The position numbers and the translations under genes were made by a program. This document shows positions 62,790 to 64,000 of a stretch of DNA of 64,000 bases, piece by piece; positions within the stretch are counted from its first letter, which is position 1, and every line of letters starts with the position of its first letter. Source of the stretch: Octopus sinensis. Taxonomy: Eukaryota. Where the stretch lies: contig NW_021836291.1 of the NCBI RefSeq assembly GCF_006345805.1, positions 186,001-250,000 of the forward strand, read 5' to 3'. Below the pieces are notes generated by a model. The model made no database searches. It was not told where the DNA came from and was given only the letters and a program-made list of their open reading frames with translations.

Positions 62790-63633
62790 TGGAAGAGAAG
62801 GAAAAAAAATGCTATGCGGCCGCAAACCCGAAAAGCTTGCGCACCCCTCTAGAGTCTAGACAATGAACCCGAAATGGAGATCGTTGCTAAAAGTTTGCAT
62901 GACTTCTCGCATGGAGGAGTTAACAAAATTGAATATGAATGTCGACAACGATATTTCCCAGTTAAAATGAGATTATTCGAAAAGTCATTCGAAACTGTGA
63001 AATTTGTAAATTTGCGCGACCCTTAAAAGTTTTAATTTTTCTAAATCCTAGATTGGGAATATAAATAACCATGTCTTTGCATCTTGCCCAAATGAAAGAT
63101 TTCAGATAGATCTTATAGATCTGAAAAGTTTTTCTACTATAAATAAAAATTTTAAATGGATTTTAACGGTCATTGACGTATATAGCAGGTTAGTTTTTTT
63201 TAACAATTTTTATAGATTTGCATTTGCGAGGCCGCGCTACACTGAGTCCTCAAATGAAGTTTGTGAAAACCTCAGATCATTATTTTTCTTAAATGGTCCG
63301 TGTCAATTTCTTCAGTCCGATAATGGGACTGAATTCAAGAATCGTGAAATGACCAATCTATTTGAGGAATTCAATATCAAACGAATTCACGGAAGGCCAA
63401 ACAATCCCCGCTCACAAGGGATTGTCGAAAGCTTCAACCAGTCAATTACAAGAAAAATGGCAAAAATGATCGACAATGATAATAAAAAGTGGCTGGAAAA
63501 ATTAGAAAATGCAGTGTACAGTTATAACATTTGTGTCCACTCATCTTCTAATGAGAGCCCTTTTGAAAGATACCGGGGAATAAGTGGAATAAATACAATA
63601 TTTTATGGTTGTAATTATAAAATTATTCCTTAG
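62790..63633 (+). mobile_element. Ginger2/KRBA2-like integrase-type transposase with tiny introns; ends not seen
   Basis: LHDFSHGG..C-EI-C, ERFQIDLIDL, LTVIDVYSR|F (27-nt intron 63189-63215), LQSDNGTEF, HGRPNNPRSQGIVESFN and YN...HSS...PF. Confidence 0.82.
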
Positions 63634-63884
63634 ATAATTCAAGTAATGATTTGTTGAGTCCTGATCAAGTCGATGATGCAAACAATTGTCCGAGTCCAAT
63701 TGAAAATTCATGTAATTTGAATTTCTATATGTAGATGATTGTAATTATTCGTTTACAAGTCCAAAAAGATTTCAGTTCGAAATCAACCCCATTGATCCTA
63801 ATTCTAATTATTATTTTATCATATCTGGGACGCCACCATCCATTCTTTTTCCAACATACAAACAACATTGATTTTTATCACTAT

Positions 63885-64000
63885 ATTTTATTTATTTATT
63901 TATTTATTTACCCCCGGCCCCTTCAATTGAAGGAAGCCGGTGGCTAACAAGAACGTTAGGGCCAATGTCGGACGCTCCCAAAGATCCCCGATCGTGATCC
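63885..64000 (-). mobile_element. Probable 3' end of a non-LTR element with a (TAAA)n tail, running off the window
   Basis: (TTTA)n tract followed abruptly by GC-rich sequence; no protein motif recognised. Confidence 0.35.

Overview
AT-rich eukaryotic genomic DNA, very probably from a reduced animal. The host proteins are metazoan-type (LATS kinase, coilin, SLC17, centrin-3, NUFIP1) and the GT-AG introns I resolved are 22-28 nt, which fits a dicyemid or possibly a myxozoan (inference). There are no prokaryotic features, CRISPR array or rRNA/tRNA genes. About 11 compact host genes (eIF3c, mS38-like, LATS, rpL6, SLC17, TMEM115, coilin, C1QBP, CETN3, NUFIP1, USP5/13) sit as islands in nested transposons: CRE-clade RT-RLE retroelements of several subfamilies, an R4-like LINE, RTE-like and APE-type LINE remnants, Tc1, IS630-like, pogo/Tigger, hAT and Ginger. 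There is also a 23-unit, 101-bp tandem array. The most striking structure is at 9.9-17.4 kb. One LINE insertion is split into two oppositely oriented halves, 1056 bp including part of rpL6 is duplicated in inverted orientation, and the breakpoints carry a hAT end and a hairpin-type excision footprint next to a hAT whose spliced transposase looks intact. A near full-length CRE with an N-terminal PHD finger sits inside the repeat arm of a foldback-like IS630 element. Many single-base indels suggest an error-prone assembly, so frameshift calls are uncertain. I did not find a clear-cut new biological system; the findings are ranked candidates.
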